A DNA stretch of 64,000 bases from Oligoflexales bacterium. Its GTDB lineage: Bacteria; Bdellovibrionota_B; Oligoflexia; Oligoflexales; JALZUQ01. Below, piece after piece: positions 28,719 through 38,154 of the stretch. A program made the position numbers and the translations under genes. Each line of letters starts with the position of its first letter. Within the stretch, counting starts at the first letter, position 1. Location: contig JALZUO010000028.1 of assembly GCA_023301565.1 (NCBI GenBank), positions 123 through 64,122 of the forward strand, given 5' to 3'. The notes below the pieces were generated by a model. That model was not told the DNA's origin and did no database searches. It saw only the letters and a list, made by a program, of their open reading frames with translations.

Positions 28719-28984
28719 GCTTCTACTAACTTTGTATACTTTGAGCTTATCGCGGTTATTTGGCTATTTTTTTCAGTACCTACATAAGTGCCGTCGGTGT
28801 AAGAGGAGTTGATGGCCTTCATTTGTGGTGCGATTTCTTTTTCGATGTAGTTAATCATTTCTACGAAGCCAGGGCCAAAACTGGCCTCATTTAGTTCTTC
28901 ACATATGCTTGCGCGTATCGAGGTTGAAATTAAAACGAATAAGAAAAGCAAAATATTTTTGTAGGTTATGTATGATTTTTTCAT
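28715..28984 (-). CDS. N-terminal reading frame of the release-factor homologue, with Sec-type signal peptide
   Basis: MKK...ILLFLFVLISTSIRA-S signal; ends AISSKYTKLVEA* (compare RF1 ALSREYAQL); joins the downstream frame by a -1 shift. Confidence 0.7.
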   Translation of the reverse strand: MKKSYITYKNILLFLFVLISTSIRASICEELNEASFGPGFVEMINYIEKEIAPQMKAINSSYTDGTYVGTEKNSQITAISSKYTKLVEA

Positions 28985-29039
28985 AAAAAATTATACCAGG
29001 AATTTCCAGCTTCTGTTAGGTGAGCACGGGTTTGGGTAT

Positions 29040-29987
29040 TTAGCCTTCAATCGAGAGTCTCTTTCCTTTTTTATACGTCGCTAGCCCTTTGGGAATAGCC
29101 TGCTGAACGACCTCCAAAAAAGCATCTAGGAGGGGTTTCTTCCACTGGTCGCGGCGAAAAACAAAGCTGACTTCGCGCATGGGGGTAGGGCCTTTGAAGG
29201 GTCTTACCATGGCGTCCTGCTCCTTTTTAGTTAGACCCTCCGCAAAAAGCTGAGGTACCAGTGTGTAACTATTCATTTTTTTTACAAGGTAACGCAGAGT
29301 TTCGAGGTTTCCGCCAGCAAACCTTACCCGGCCAAGGCGGCTAGTCTCAGCGTTTAGGTTGCAGTAGTTAATCACTTGGTTTTTAAAACAGTGACCGTCT
29401 TGCAAAAGCCAAAGCCCATCAGGACTAAGGTCTTTGACAGATACAGAGCTTTTTTTACTTAGCTTGTGGCTGGGGTTTCCGTAATACAAAAAAGGCTCGT
29501 TGAATAAAAATCTTTCTCTTAGCCCGGCTTCGTTTAGAGGGGTTACAAGGATAGCCGCGTCGATTTGATCGTCTCTAAGTCCTGCGACAATGTTTTCTGT
29601 TTTTAGCTCGTCTAAGACAAGGTCTACCTTTGGATATTCGCGTGCAAAATTTTCAATAAATAAAGGCACCAAGTAAGGTGTTAGGGTAGGAATGATACCG
29701 ATGCGGATGTCACCTCGAAGCTCTGTAGCTGATTCGCTCCCGATAGATAGTAGCTTTTGGTGCTCTTGCTGCAAAACGGCAGCCTGCTCGAGGATGGCTT
29801 TACCCTGCTGCGTGCGTACGATGGGTTTTTGATTGCGGTCAAAAAGGACTACGCCTAGCTCATCTTCTGCCTTTTGCACCTGGATACTTAGGCTGGGCTG
29901 CGAGACGGCGCAGGCTTTTGCCGCAAGGCCAAAGTGGCGGTACTTATCTACAGCTAGAATATAACGTATCTGCGTTAGAGTAGGCAT
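29040..29987 (-). CDS. oxyR: Hydrogen-peroxide-inducible LysR regulator OxyR
   Basis: LysR HTH (HFGLAAKACAVSQPSLS), GIIPTL, LLQDGHCFKNQVINYC; divergent from ahpC; start MPTLTQ at 29987. Confidence 0.92.
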   Translation of the reverse strand: MPTLTQIRYILAVDKYRHFGLAAKACAVSQPSLSIQVQKAEDELGVVLFDRNQKPIVRTQQGKAILEQAAVLQQEHQKLLSIGSESATELRGDIRIGIIPTLTPYLVPLFIENFAREYPKVDLVLDELKTENIVAGLRDDQIDAAILVTPLNEAGLRERFLFNEPFLYYGNPSHKLSKKSSVSVKDLSPDGLWLLQDGHCFKNQVINYCNLNAETSRLGRVRFAGGNLETLRYLVKKMNSYTLVPQLFAEGLTKKEQDAMVRPFKGPTPMREVSFVFRRDQWKKPLLDAFLEVVQQAIPKGLATYKKGKRLSIEG

Positions 29988-30017
29988 GTAAGACTCCAAT
30001 AATGCACCATAAAAATG

Positions 30018-30032
30018 ATAGCTAAAAACTAT
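30018..30032. promoter_or_regulatory. OxyR-type operator half (ATAG-N7-CTAT)
   Basis: ATAG-CTAAAAA-CTAT lies between the divergent oxyR and ahpC. Confidence 0.65.
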
Positions 30033-30139
30033 CGTTATAAATATATAATATATTTTAAATATCTGCAAAAAACGACGATTCTCTTATGTAAGGCAGCTGT
30101 TGCAGCTTGCAGCAGCAAACCAGATAAACGTACTTATGA

Positions 30140-30688
30140 ATGGAGAAGAAAATGATTGGAATAGGAAAACAGTTTCCCGAGTTTAATGTAACCGGAGTGA
30201 AATCTTCTGAGATGGATACAGCATTTGAGAAGTATAGTCATGAAAGTTTAAAAGGTAAGTGGAGTGTCATCTTTTTTTATCCAAAGGACTTCACCTTTGT
30301 TTGCCCAACAGAGATCAAAGGCTTTGCAGATCTAAACGGGGAGTTTGCCGATAGAGATACGCAAGTATTTACAGCAAGTATAGACTCTGAGTTTGTCCAC
30401 CTTGCTTGGCGTCAAAGTCACGAAGACCTAAAAAACTTACCGTTTCCTATGCTATCAGATGTAAAAAGGGAGCTATCATCAAGTTTAGGGATCCTAGACC
30501 CAGAAGAAGGCGTATCGCAAAGAGTGGCCTACATTGTGGATCCAGGCGGCATCATTCGGTTTGTGTATGCAACTGATTTGAACGTGGGAAGAAACCCGGC
30601 AGAGGTTTTGCGCGTACTTGATGGTCTGCAAACTGACGAGCTATGCCCGTGCAACTGGAAACCAGGCGAAGAAACGATTCAAGTTTAA
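30140..30688 (+). CDS. ahpC: Peroxiredoxin AhpC
   Basis: FFYPKDFTFVCPTE; QTDELCPCNW (AhpD-partnered type). Confidence 0.95.
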   Translation: MEKKMIGIGKQFPEFNVTGVKSSEMDTAFEKYSHESLKGKWSVIFFYPKDFTFVCPTEIKGFADLNGEFADRDTQVFTASIDSEFVHLAWRQSHEDLKNLPFPMLSDVKRELSSSLGILDPEEGVSQRVAYIVDPGGIIRFVYATDLNVGRNPAEVLRVLDGLQTDELCPCNWKPGEETIQV

Positions 30689-30718
30689 ACCACAACACCT
30701 TAAAGAGGAGAAAAACCT

Positions 30719-31231
30719 ATGCAAGCGATTAAAGAACTTATACCGGATTTTGCCAAAGACGTGCGAATCAACTTTTCATCTATTACCGGGGATCTTGGCG
30801 CCCCGGGTCTAAGCCAAACCCAGGCGCATGGCGTGCTTTTATCAGCAGCTCTCCAGCTGGGTTTTGATCAACTTAGCAAAGAGATCGCAAACGCTGATAC
30901 TTTGAACGAGCAGGAAGTGCTTGGCGTAAAAGCTGCCGTTGCAATCATGGGTATGAATAATATTTACTATAGAACCATGCACCTAATGAGTGACAAAGAA
31001 GTAAAGTCCTTGCCTGCTAAGCTTCGAATGAACGTGATTGGCTCGCCACCAAACGAGAAAATCAACTTTGAAATATACTCGCTGGCTGTTTCTGTTCTTT
31101 CTGGCTGCGGAATGTGTATCAACGCTCATGTAAATGAATTAAAGAAAGCTGGACTAGGAAATGAAGGGGTTCAATCGATCATCCGTATTGCATCGGTCGT
31201 AAATAGCGCTTTTATAAGTACAAGGCTTTAG
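30719..31231 (+). CDS. ahpD: Alkyl hydroperoxide reductase AhpD
   Basis: IPDFAKD, MGMNNIYYR, LRMN, SLAVS, GCGMCINAH. Confidence 0.93.
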   Translation: MQAIKELIPDFAKDVRINFSSITGDLGAPGLSQTQAHGVLLSAALQLGFDQLSKEIANADTLNEQEVLGVKAAVAIMGMNNIYYRTMHLMSDKEVKSLPAKLRMNVIGSPPNEKINFEIYSLAVSVLSGCGMCINAHVNELKKAGLGNEGVQSIIRIASVVNSAFISTRL

Positions 31232-31238
31232 TTTGTTT

Positions 31239-31279
31239 AAAGGTGATGTGAGGTGTGCGATCACTTACATCACCTTTTT
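31239..31279. terminator. Bidirectional terminator between ahpD and fabH
   Basis: AAAGGTGATGTGAG...CTTACATCACCTTTTT. Confidence 0.75.
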
Positions 31280-31282
31280 CTT

Positions 31283-32293
31283 CTAAAGTTTAAAAATACA
31301 ACTTCCCCAGGTAAAGCCGCTACCAAAGGCTGTCATAGCGATGGTTTCGCCAGGTTTGATTCGGCCGCTTTCTATGCTTTCAGCAAGCAAGATTGGAATA
31401 GAAGCTGACGAACAGTTGCCGTATTTTTGAATGTTTGTTGGTACCTTTTCGCTAGGGATCTCGAGCGATTTCCCTACAAACTCATTGATTCTGAGGTTTG
31501 CTTGGTGAAACAAAAAATGGTCTACATTTTCAATTTTGCACTTGGCTTTTTCTAGAGTTTGCACCAGGACTTCTGGCATTCTTTTAACGGCATGTTTGAA
31601 AACGAATGGGCCTTCCATTTGCGGGTAGCGGGAGGTGCTTCTGGGGTCTTCAGGCAGAAAGTTTGGATCACCCACACCTGGTTTTTCGCACCAGAGCTTA
31701 TCTGCGAAGCTTCCGTCGGAGTGAACACAAATGCTTTGCATGCCACGATCTTTTTCGGATTTTTGAACTACAACTGCTCCAGCACCATCGCCAAAAAGAA
31801 CCGCAGTGCCCCTGCCTCTGGTTGTCTTATCCAAACCCCTAGACTGGAGTTCAGAAGCTACGACAAGTAAAGTCGTTGCTTGGCCAGATTCAACCAAGCC
31901 GTAAGCGACACTCAAGGCGTAAAGAAAACCGCTACACTGGCCTCGGATATCAAAATGTGGTTTACCCCCCATCCCAAGCGCGCCTTGTAGTTTTGCCGCT
32001 GTTCCAGGAAAAAAGTGATCGGGAGATAGTGTCGCGTGAACCAAGCCGTCAATTTGCTCTATGTCAAGGCCAGCATTTTTTAGAGCCATTTCAGCTGCGG
32101 ACTTGCTCATGGAGCTTCCAGATTCGTGGTCTTCAGCCCAGCGGCGCTCTTCAATTCCAGAGCGCTGCCGGATCCATTCGTCGCTTGTGTCCATCCATTC
32201 AGTCAACTGACTGTTGGTGACTACTTTTTTTGGAACATAGTAGCCGGTTCCTAATATCTGCATTCCCATGAATTGCCTTTCTGTCAGGTTCAA
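31283..32293 (-). CDS. fabH: 3-oxoacyl-ACP synthase III
   Basis: DTSDEWIRQRSGIEERR, QCSGF, LFGDGAGA, HQANLRI, YGNCSSASIP, GSGFTWG. Confidence 0.92.
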   Translation of the reverse strand: MNLTERQFMGMQILGTGYYVPKKVVTNSQLTEWMDTSDEWIRQRSGIEERRWAEDHESGSSMSKSAAEMALKNAGLDIEQIDGLVHATLSPDHFFPGTAAKLQGALGMGGKPHFDIRGQCSGFLYALSVAYGLVESGQATTLLVVASELQSRGLDKTTRGRGTAVLFGDGAGAVVVQKSEKDRGMQSICVHSDGSFADKLWCEKPGVGDPNFLPEDPRSTSRYPQMEGPFVFKHAVKRMPEVLVQTLEKAKCKIENVDHFLFHQANLRINEFVGKSLEIPSEKVPTNIQKYGNCSSASIPILLAESIESGRIKPGETIAMTAFGSGFTWGSCIFKL

Positions 32294-32319
32294 CGATGCT
32301 CTAAAAAACGCAAGGCGAG

Positions 32320-33027
32320 TTATCTGCCGCGTGTATAGTCCCCGTCGATTTTATACAAGATTTTTTTACGTAAAAAATGAATAAGCTGCATCTCTTCACT
32401 ATTTATTCGCGATAATTTCTCGAATAGCTTTTGTATTCGGTCCGACTCCGGGTCAACTTCAATCGACTCAAGTAGCTCGGTTACCTTGGAGCGGAAAGTG
32501 CCAAAATCAAACGCAAGCTTTTCGGGCCTTGCATTACGTACTTCTTGTTCGGTTAGTTTTCCAAGCTCGTATGTATAGATCATTAGAGCCTGAGCTAAAT
32601 TTAAAATACCATACTCACTTTGCGTAGGTATGTTTGTGATTAGATCGCAGTGCTTTAGCTGCTCGTTGCTAAGCCCGCTATCTTCGGGCCCGAAAACAAT
32701 TGCAACGTTTTCAGCTACGCCAACCTTCTTTTTAAGAGAGCTACGTAGATCGCCAGGGCTTAAAAACTCATGGTGAAGTTTGCGCGCCTTTGCCGTCGTA
32801 CCGACGACAATGTCCATGTCTACAACCGCCTCTTCGAGCGACATACAAATTTCTGCTTGTTCTATTAGGTGGTAAGCTTTGGTCGCTACCCACCTGCATT
32901 TGTCTTCTTTATGGTTCTTTGGCTCGACTAATATTAAAGAATCAAACCCCATGGTTTCCAAGGCTCGCGCCGCTGCTCCGATATTTTCAGGAACCCGCGG
33001 CTTGACCATCACAAAGTGAATACGCAT
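32320..33027 (-). CDS. SPOUT tRNA/rRNA methyltransferase, TrmJ/LasT family
   Basis: PENIGAAARA, VFGPEDSGLSNE, LNLAQA. Confidence 0.9.
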   Translation of the reverse strand: MRIHFVMVKPRVPENIGAAARALETMGFDSLILVEPKNHKEDKCRWVATKAYHLIEQAEICMSLEEAVVDMDIVVGTTAKARKLHHEFLSPGDLRSSLKKKVGVAENVAIVFGPEDSGLSNEQLKHCDLITNIPTQSEYGILNLAQALMIYTYELGKLTEQEVRNARPEKLAFDFGTFRSKVTELLESIEVDPESDRIQKLFEKLSRINSEEMQLIHFLRKKILYKIDGDYTRGR

Positions 33028-33072
33028 TTATTTTCTACCTGTTTCTGCTTTTACTTATTTATTTTAACTGCC

Positions 33073-34080
33073 TTACGCTTCCATATCTGGACTATAAGTT
33101 CCCAGTGCCGCGGCCGTGTTGCATTTAGATCGCAAGCCAAGAGCTGCCTGGGCGGCTGGAATCTGGTCTGGTTTGCCCTGCCATGCTTTAAGTGCGGGTG
33201 ATTGAAGAGCGCGCCCGTAGGAATAAGACAGTTTCCAAGGAAGGTCTTTATAGGCTGCATTCATCGCATTTAGGTTTACGGTCGCATCAATATCTGCTTG
33301 TCCACCTGACAAGAACACGATACCTGGAACCGTGCTTGGTACAGTCTCGCGGAAAGTCTCGATTGTATGCTTGGCGATGTCTTCAGCTGTAGCTGTGCTC
33401 CCAGACTTGGAGCCAGGTAATACCATGTTTGGCTTTAAAAGAATTCCATCTAGGTCTACGCGGTGCGCTAGAAGCTCAGCAAAAAGGGCTTTGAGTGCAC
33501 TCGTGGTGGCAGACTTACATTGTTCGATCGAATGCGGTCCATCCATGATGACTTCTGGTTCGACGATTGGAACAATGTTGTTTTCTTGGCAGAGTTTGGC
33601 ATAGCGTGCCAAGGCGTGTGCATTTGCATGTAGGCAGTAGTCGTTTGGTCCTTCAGGAAGAACCTGAATGACGGCTCTCCACTTTGCAAACTCAGCGCCA
33701 AGTCTGCTGTATTCAGCTAGTCTTTCACGTAAACCATCAAGGCCTTCTGTTACTTTTTCACCTTCGAAACCAGAAAGATCCTTGGCCCCTGTGTCAACTT
33801 TGATGCCGGGAGCGATCCCCATTTTTTTGAGCATGTCGCGAAAAAACACACCGTTGCTGCTTTTTTGGTGAAACGTCTCATCGTACATAATTACGCCGCT
33901 AATATAGTTTTTTAAGTTAGGGGTTGTGAATAAGAGTTCCCGGTAGGTACGCCTAGCATCTTCAGATGATTCAACGCCTATGCTGTTCAACCTTTTTTCA
34001 ATGGTTCCCGTGCTTTCGTCAGCGGCTAAAATTCCTTTTCCATCGGCCACAATTTTCTTTGCTATATCCGCTAGTCCCAT
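33073..34080 (-). CDS. Class I fructose-bisphosphate aldolase
   Basis: GKGILAADES, GIKVD, FAKWRAV, VPIVEPEV, LLKPNMV, FLSGGQ, SYGRALQ; start MGLAD at 34080. Confidence 0.96.
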   Translation of the reverse strand: MGLADIAKKIVADGKGILAADESTGTIEKRLNSIGVESSEDARRTYRELLFTTPNLKNYISGVIMYDETFHQKSSNGVFFRDMLKKMGIAPGIKVDTGAKDLSGFEGEKVTEGLDGLRERLAEYSRLGAEFAKWRAVIQVLPEGPNDYCLHANAHALARYAKLCQENNIVPIVEPEVIMDGPHSIEQCKSATTSALKALFAELLAHRVDLDGILLKPNMVLPGSKSGSTATAEDIAKHTIETFRETVPSTVPGIVFLSGGQADIDATVNLNAMNAAYKDLPWKLSYSYGRALQSPALKAWQGKPDQIPAAQAALGLRSKCNTAAALGTYSPDMEA

Positions 34081-34274
34081 TGCGTGTGTCTCCCATCGCT
34101 CAGTTGTTCGCAGCTGTGCTTGCTGCTTGTTTGCTAGTGGCCCCAATCCTAGCGGATTGAGGTTTTTAGGAAACAAATCTGGCTAAAATATATTCAGTCA
34201 TTCCCCGCGTGCCTGCCTAAGAATGCTAACCTTTTGGGGTGATTTGAGAGAACAAACAAGGGAGCCCTCCGTTT

Positions 34275-34826
34275 ATGGCAAGAACCCCGTCAAATATGAC
34301 ACCTTTAAGTACTCCTCTTCCTGAGTTTAGCGCTTTGGACGTGCGGTCTGGAGAACTATTTACCTCCTCGTCTCTTGGTGGAAGCCCAGTTCTAGTGGCA
34401 TTTATTTGCTGCCACTGCCCATTTGTTGTGCATATAGAGAGCGAGTTTTCCCAGCTTTGCACGGTCATGCAAGCCAGAGGAGTGAGAGTCGTTGGTATCC
34501 AATCGAACGATGTTGAAAATTACCCTGCTGATAAACCCGAGAAGATGATTGAGCAAGCAAGCACACATGGTTTTGACTTCCCGTATTTACACGATGACTC
34601 GCAAAGCATCGCAAAGTCTATGAATGCTGCGTGTACGCCAGACTTTTTTCTTTATGATAGCGACCATAAACTGTTTTACCGCGGGCAGATGGACTCTAGC
34701 CGTCCCGGGAACGAATTGCCTGTGACAGGGGTGGATTTAATTTCTGCTGCGGACGCTTTACTTGCTGGAGATAAGCCACCGTTGGAACAAAACCCAAGCA
34801 TAGGATGCAATATAAAATGGAAGTAA
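34275..34826 (+). CDS. Thioredoxin/AhpC-TSA family protein
   Basis: FICCHCPFV, ACTPDFFLYD, YRGQMD, SIGCNIKWK. Confidence 0.92.
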   Translation: MARTPSNMTPLSTPLPEFSALDVRSGELFTSSSLGGSPVLVAFICCHCPFVVHIESEFSQLCTVMQARGVRVVGIQSNDVENYPADKPEKMIEQASTHGFDFPYLHDDSQSIAKSMNAACTPDFFLYDSDHKLFYRGQMDSSRPGNELPVTGVDLISAADALLAGDKPPLEQNPSIGCNIKWK

Positions 34827-34840
34827 TAGTGAAAGTGAAA

Positions 34841-35632
34841 ATGATTTTTAAGATAGCTTTTACAGTTTGTGCTTTTTGGTTTCTTGTTGCTCCAAAGCAA
34901 GCCCAAGCGTGCGACCTAAAAAAAATCTCCGCCTTTCAAAGAGAAATCAAACAAGTAGAGGCAGGCATTGGAGCAGACCTAAAAGAGTTCAAGCCTGGTG
35001 TGTCTCCAGTCGGTGATTTGATTTGTAAAAACTGGTCCGCGAATCCCTCGCAGGTTATTTGGGCCAAACTGTTTAGTCGTCATATCCGCAAAGGAGTCGA
35101 TCAGATTGCAGCATTGGTTGGAATATTTGACTTCAAACAAAAGAAAATCATTGGGACTGCCTACCATTCACAGTTCGGGGTAAGCGGTTACGCTAGGCTA
35201 AAATACATTGATATTGATACGGCAACCTACCAGGTCTCTTCTGGTCAAAGAGCCTTTGGATTAAAAACCGGTTATATCAGTGCAGAAGGCAAAAACCTTG
35301 CCATGCATGAGATACTATCTTTGTATCTTCCCTTAGGGGATGGACTTAGAGTGCTTGTCGATGGGGTTGTCTTGCAGAAAAAGTTTGGCGAGAAAGGCAA
35401 AAAAGGATGCCTAGTCGCTTATTCTGAGGCTAAAAGTCAGATGAGCATGGTTGCCAAGCCTGGAAATAAACTAAAAAGTTTTCGCATTACAAGGCAGAAC
35501 AAAAGTTTTTCCGGTAAATTTAAAAAAGGGAAATGCCTAAAGATAAAGCCAAAATCAAGGGCAGAAAAGTTCGACCTAGATCCTCCAGGCTACGATGTGC
35601 CCGTTAAGTTCAAACATACTTTCAGTTTTTAG
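34841..35632 (+). CDS. Hypothetical secreted protein, PA3715-family-like
   Basis: Signal AQA-C; CKNWSANP, IDTATYQV...AFG and EILSLYLP...LRVLV resemble my recollection of that family. Confidence 0.55.
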   Translation: MIFKIAFTVCAFWFLVAPKQAQACDLKKISAFQREIKQVEAGIGADLKEFKPGVSPVGDLICKNWSANPSQVIWAKLFSRHIRKGVDQIAALVGIFDFKQKKIIGTAYHSQFGVSGYARLKYIDIDTATYQVSSGQRAFGLKTGYISAEGKNLAMHEILSLYLPLGDGLRVLVDGVVLQKKFGEKGKKGCLVAYSEAKSQMSMVAKPGNKLKSFRITRQNKSFSGKFKKGKCLKIKPKSRAEKFDLDPPGYDVPVKFKHTFSF

Positions 35633-38154
35633 GCGTTGCGTTTTAGAAACGTAGGCTCACGCGTACGCTTTGCAACTTCTTCGTCTTCTGTTTTTCGTGC
35701 AGCACTGCTAAGGTTGTGAATCATCATGAGAATCTGGCTGGTTTGGGTCCAGGTAGATTCTAGGTTTGCGCTAGCCTCTGGTGGTAAACCTTCGTGAACG
35801 GCCCTGTTTCTAAAATCTTGGAATGAATGTAGTTGATGCACAAAATCGTATAACTGCTTATCTTCTGAAAACTCTAGTGGGAACAAGTTTTGTAGTCCGT
35901 ACTGGCATTTTTGCCTTGAAAATACAGCAAAAAATAGTGCGAAAGCTTTTAGGCCGTCTAGGGTAAATCTCTTGCCAGGCCTAAACTGACAAATTCCTCG
36001 AAGCATTTTTCGTAGTTTGAACTTAGAAAAATAAGGAATGGTTTTTACTGTTGGTAGCGAACTTATAAAGTTTTCAAATTTAGTCATCTTTTCGATAATA
36101 GGGCGAGAGTACCCCAAAAGGTCGAGCTTGCGTTGCAGGACGCCTTCGCGTATCAGGTTGTCTGTTGCTGCTTGAAAGGCCTCTCTTAGGCTTACCTCCA
36201 TGGCTTTATATTGCATGTCGATAACTGGGCTTAAGTCCATGGTCCCTGCTGTTTCTTGGCGGACCTTGTCGTAGAAGAACAGACCGGTACGAATAGATCT
36301 TTGAACCTCTCCCGAGAGCTCTCCAAAAATAGGTATTACCTTTTGGATGTGCGTTTCAGAGTAGTTTTCTAAATGGTTGTTTTCGACCCTGTGAAGAATG
36401 CTACCAGGTTTTTGTTTGCCACTGCGTTTTGGCGTGGTTCGTGGGTTGGCTAGTGGCGTGCCTTGTGACGTGGGTTGCGCTGGTTTTTTTTCAGCCCTTC
36501 GGACTATCGTTGCTGCCGGACTTTTTGTAGGTCTACTTGCTGCTTCGGGTTTCGAACTTTTCACATGGCTGTTTACAGGTGTAGGCGCTGAGGCCTGGGG
36601 TATAGCAGGGATGCCGGTAGCATCGGATTGCAAACTGCTGCGCAGAAGGTCCAATGACTCTTCTATCTCCAGGTCGGAAAGACCTGTTTGGCTGCCTTTT
36701 GACTCAAGCTCTTTGATGGAATCTCTTAGCTGCACTTGTACCAAGCTTGTGTCGAGATTTTTTAACGAGCGAAAAAAACGCATTTTGAGTTGGGGGTGAA
36801 ACCCAGACTTTCCGGTAAATTTTAGCAGCTCTTGAAGGGCGCGAGGGCTTCTTATTTGAAGGAGTGCATCCACTATGGCTCGCTGTTCAGATGTACGGTT
36901 CGTGTGTACATAGTCTAAAAGCTGTAAAACAGCTTTGTCCTGGTTTGTGAACGCGCCAAATGCTTTGATAAACACTTGGCGGTAAATCCCGGTCGTGCCT
37001 CTAGCAAGCCTTGAAAGGTTGGTTAGTTGGAAATCATTTTGCAACGTATAGACAGAAGCTACACAGCACCACGGGCCGTCTTTAAGTATCCCGGAATTTT
37101 TTGCATTACGGTACATAAAGTCAAATAGCCTTGAGCGGTCCTGAGGTGTGCGGATTGCTAGGGTTGCAGAATTTTGGTCTCGAAGCTGGCGCCAGACTTT
37201 AAATGCTGTTTTGTTTAACCATGGACGGACTAGTGTTCCTAATTTACGTTGTTTGCTCTCGTTTATGTTTAAAAAGGCTTCGCTTAGTTGCTCTGAGTCT
37301 ACCCCCGTAAGTAGGTTTCTGCTTAAGCTCTTTTTATCCGAAATGCTACAAAGCCTTTCCAGTAATGGTTTGATTGCAATAGCGTTTAACTTATGTCGCT
37401 TTGCTGCTGTGGGCCAGTATTGGTCAAGCTTTTCTAAATCTTCAATGTCTGCCCACGGTATAGGGGCTTCACTGTCTGGCTTAGACAAGCGAAATCGAAT
37501 AGCTTCTCTCCATAATCCGCCTGGGCCAAGCTTTTGAACGCCTTCTAGGGCCGTTGGTTCGAACTTTGCCAGGTAGGTAATTGCCGGGAACAATGCTTTT
37601 GCGTCTGGGTAAGGGTATTCTTTGAATCGATTGCAGTAGTTTACGGCCATGGTCGTAAACATAGAAGAGCTATAGTTGTATTTTACGGACTCACTAAGGG
37701 CAAGAGCGTGGAATGCATCAGAGAATTCATCCAAGCCCTCAAGCTTGCTAACATGGTCTAAAAGCTGCGTCCCCTCAAAACACTCTGAATGCATCAGAAT
37801 TATGTAGCGCACGCGCTGCCCACAGTGTTTGTTGTGAAAAAGATCTAAAATCTTTTGTGCTTTGGTGTGGTTCGTATGCTCAATCCATTTGCGAAGAAAC
37901 ACAATGGTTTGTGGCTCAAAGTTCAAGCTTAAATGCTCCAACAAAGCTTCTTCAAAAAGGTGCTTTTCGCTGCCTGCTGCTGCGATGTCTAGGATATGTT
38001 CTTGCTCTTGTATGGGTAAGCCAAGTTCTAACAAATCAAAGGCAAGGTCAACGCTCACAGAGGCCGCGTCCGCTTTTTGTTTTTTCAATTTGACAAGAAT
38101 ATCTAGCCTGCGAACTTCGCTGGATTCTGCTAAATATTCTTGCAGAAGGCTCAT
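35629..38154 (-). CDS. Large helical (HEAT-like) protein with Pro-rich linker and C-terminal HEPN-like domain
   Basis: 841-aa ORF; DLSPVIDMQYKAME...FRNRAVHEG (RxxxxH). Confidence 0.6.
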   Translation of the reverse strand: MSLLQEYLAESSEVRRLDILVKLKKQKADAASVSVDLAFDLLELGLPIQEQEHILDIAAAGSEKHLFEEALLEHLSLNFEPQTIVFLRKWIEHTNHTKAQKILDLFHNKHCGQRVRYIILMHSECFEGTQLLDHVSKLEGLDEFSDAFHALALSESVKYNYSSSMFTTMAVNYCNRFKEYPYPDAKALFPAITYLAKFEPTALEGVQKLGPGGLWREAIRFRLSKPDSEAPIPWADIEDLEKLDQYWPTAAKRHKLNAIAIKPLLERLCSISDKKSLSRNLLTGVDSEQLSEAFLNINESKQRKLGTLVRPWLNKTAFKVWRQLRDQNSATLAIRTPQDRSRLFDFMYRNAKNSGILKDGPWCCVASVYTLQNDFQLTNLSRLARGTTGIYRQVFIKAFGAFTNQDKAVLQLLDYVHTNRTSEQRAIVDALLQIRSPRALQELLKFTGKSGFHPQLKMRFFRSLKNLDTSLVQVQLRDSIKELESKGSQTGLSDLEIEESLDLLRSSLQSDATGIPAIPQASAPTPVNSHVKSSKPEAASRPTKSPAATIVRRAEKKPAQPTSQGTPLANPRTTPKRSGKQKPGSILHRVENNHLENYSETHIQKVIPIFGELSGEVQRSIRTGLFFYDKVRQETAGTMDLSPVIDMQYKAMEVSLREAFQAATDNLIREGVLQRKLDLLGYSRPIIEKMTKFENFISSLPTVKTIPYFSKFKLRKMLRGICQFRPGKRFTLDGLKAFALFFAVFSRQKCQYGLQNLFPLEFSEDKQLYDFVHQLHSFQDFRNRAVHEGLPPEASANLESTWTQTSQILMMIHNLSSAARKTEDEEVAKRTREPTFLKRNA

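Noticed and set aside
28715-28720. Canonical prfB +1 programmed frameshift
   Set aside because: The site is GCC TAA, not CTT TGA; there is no internal SD; the required shift is -1; the protein lacks SPF.
33073-34080. Eukaryote-type class I aldolase as recent gene transfer from a eukaryote
   Set aside because: This family is widespread in bacteria, and nothing in the sequence indicates recent transfer.
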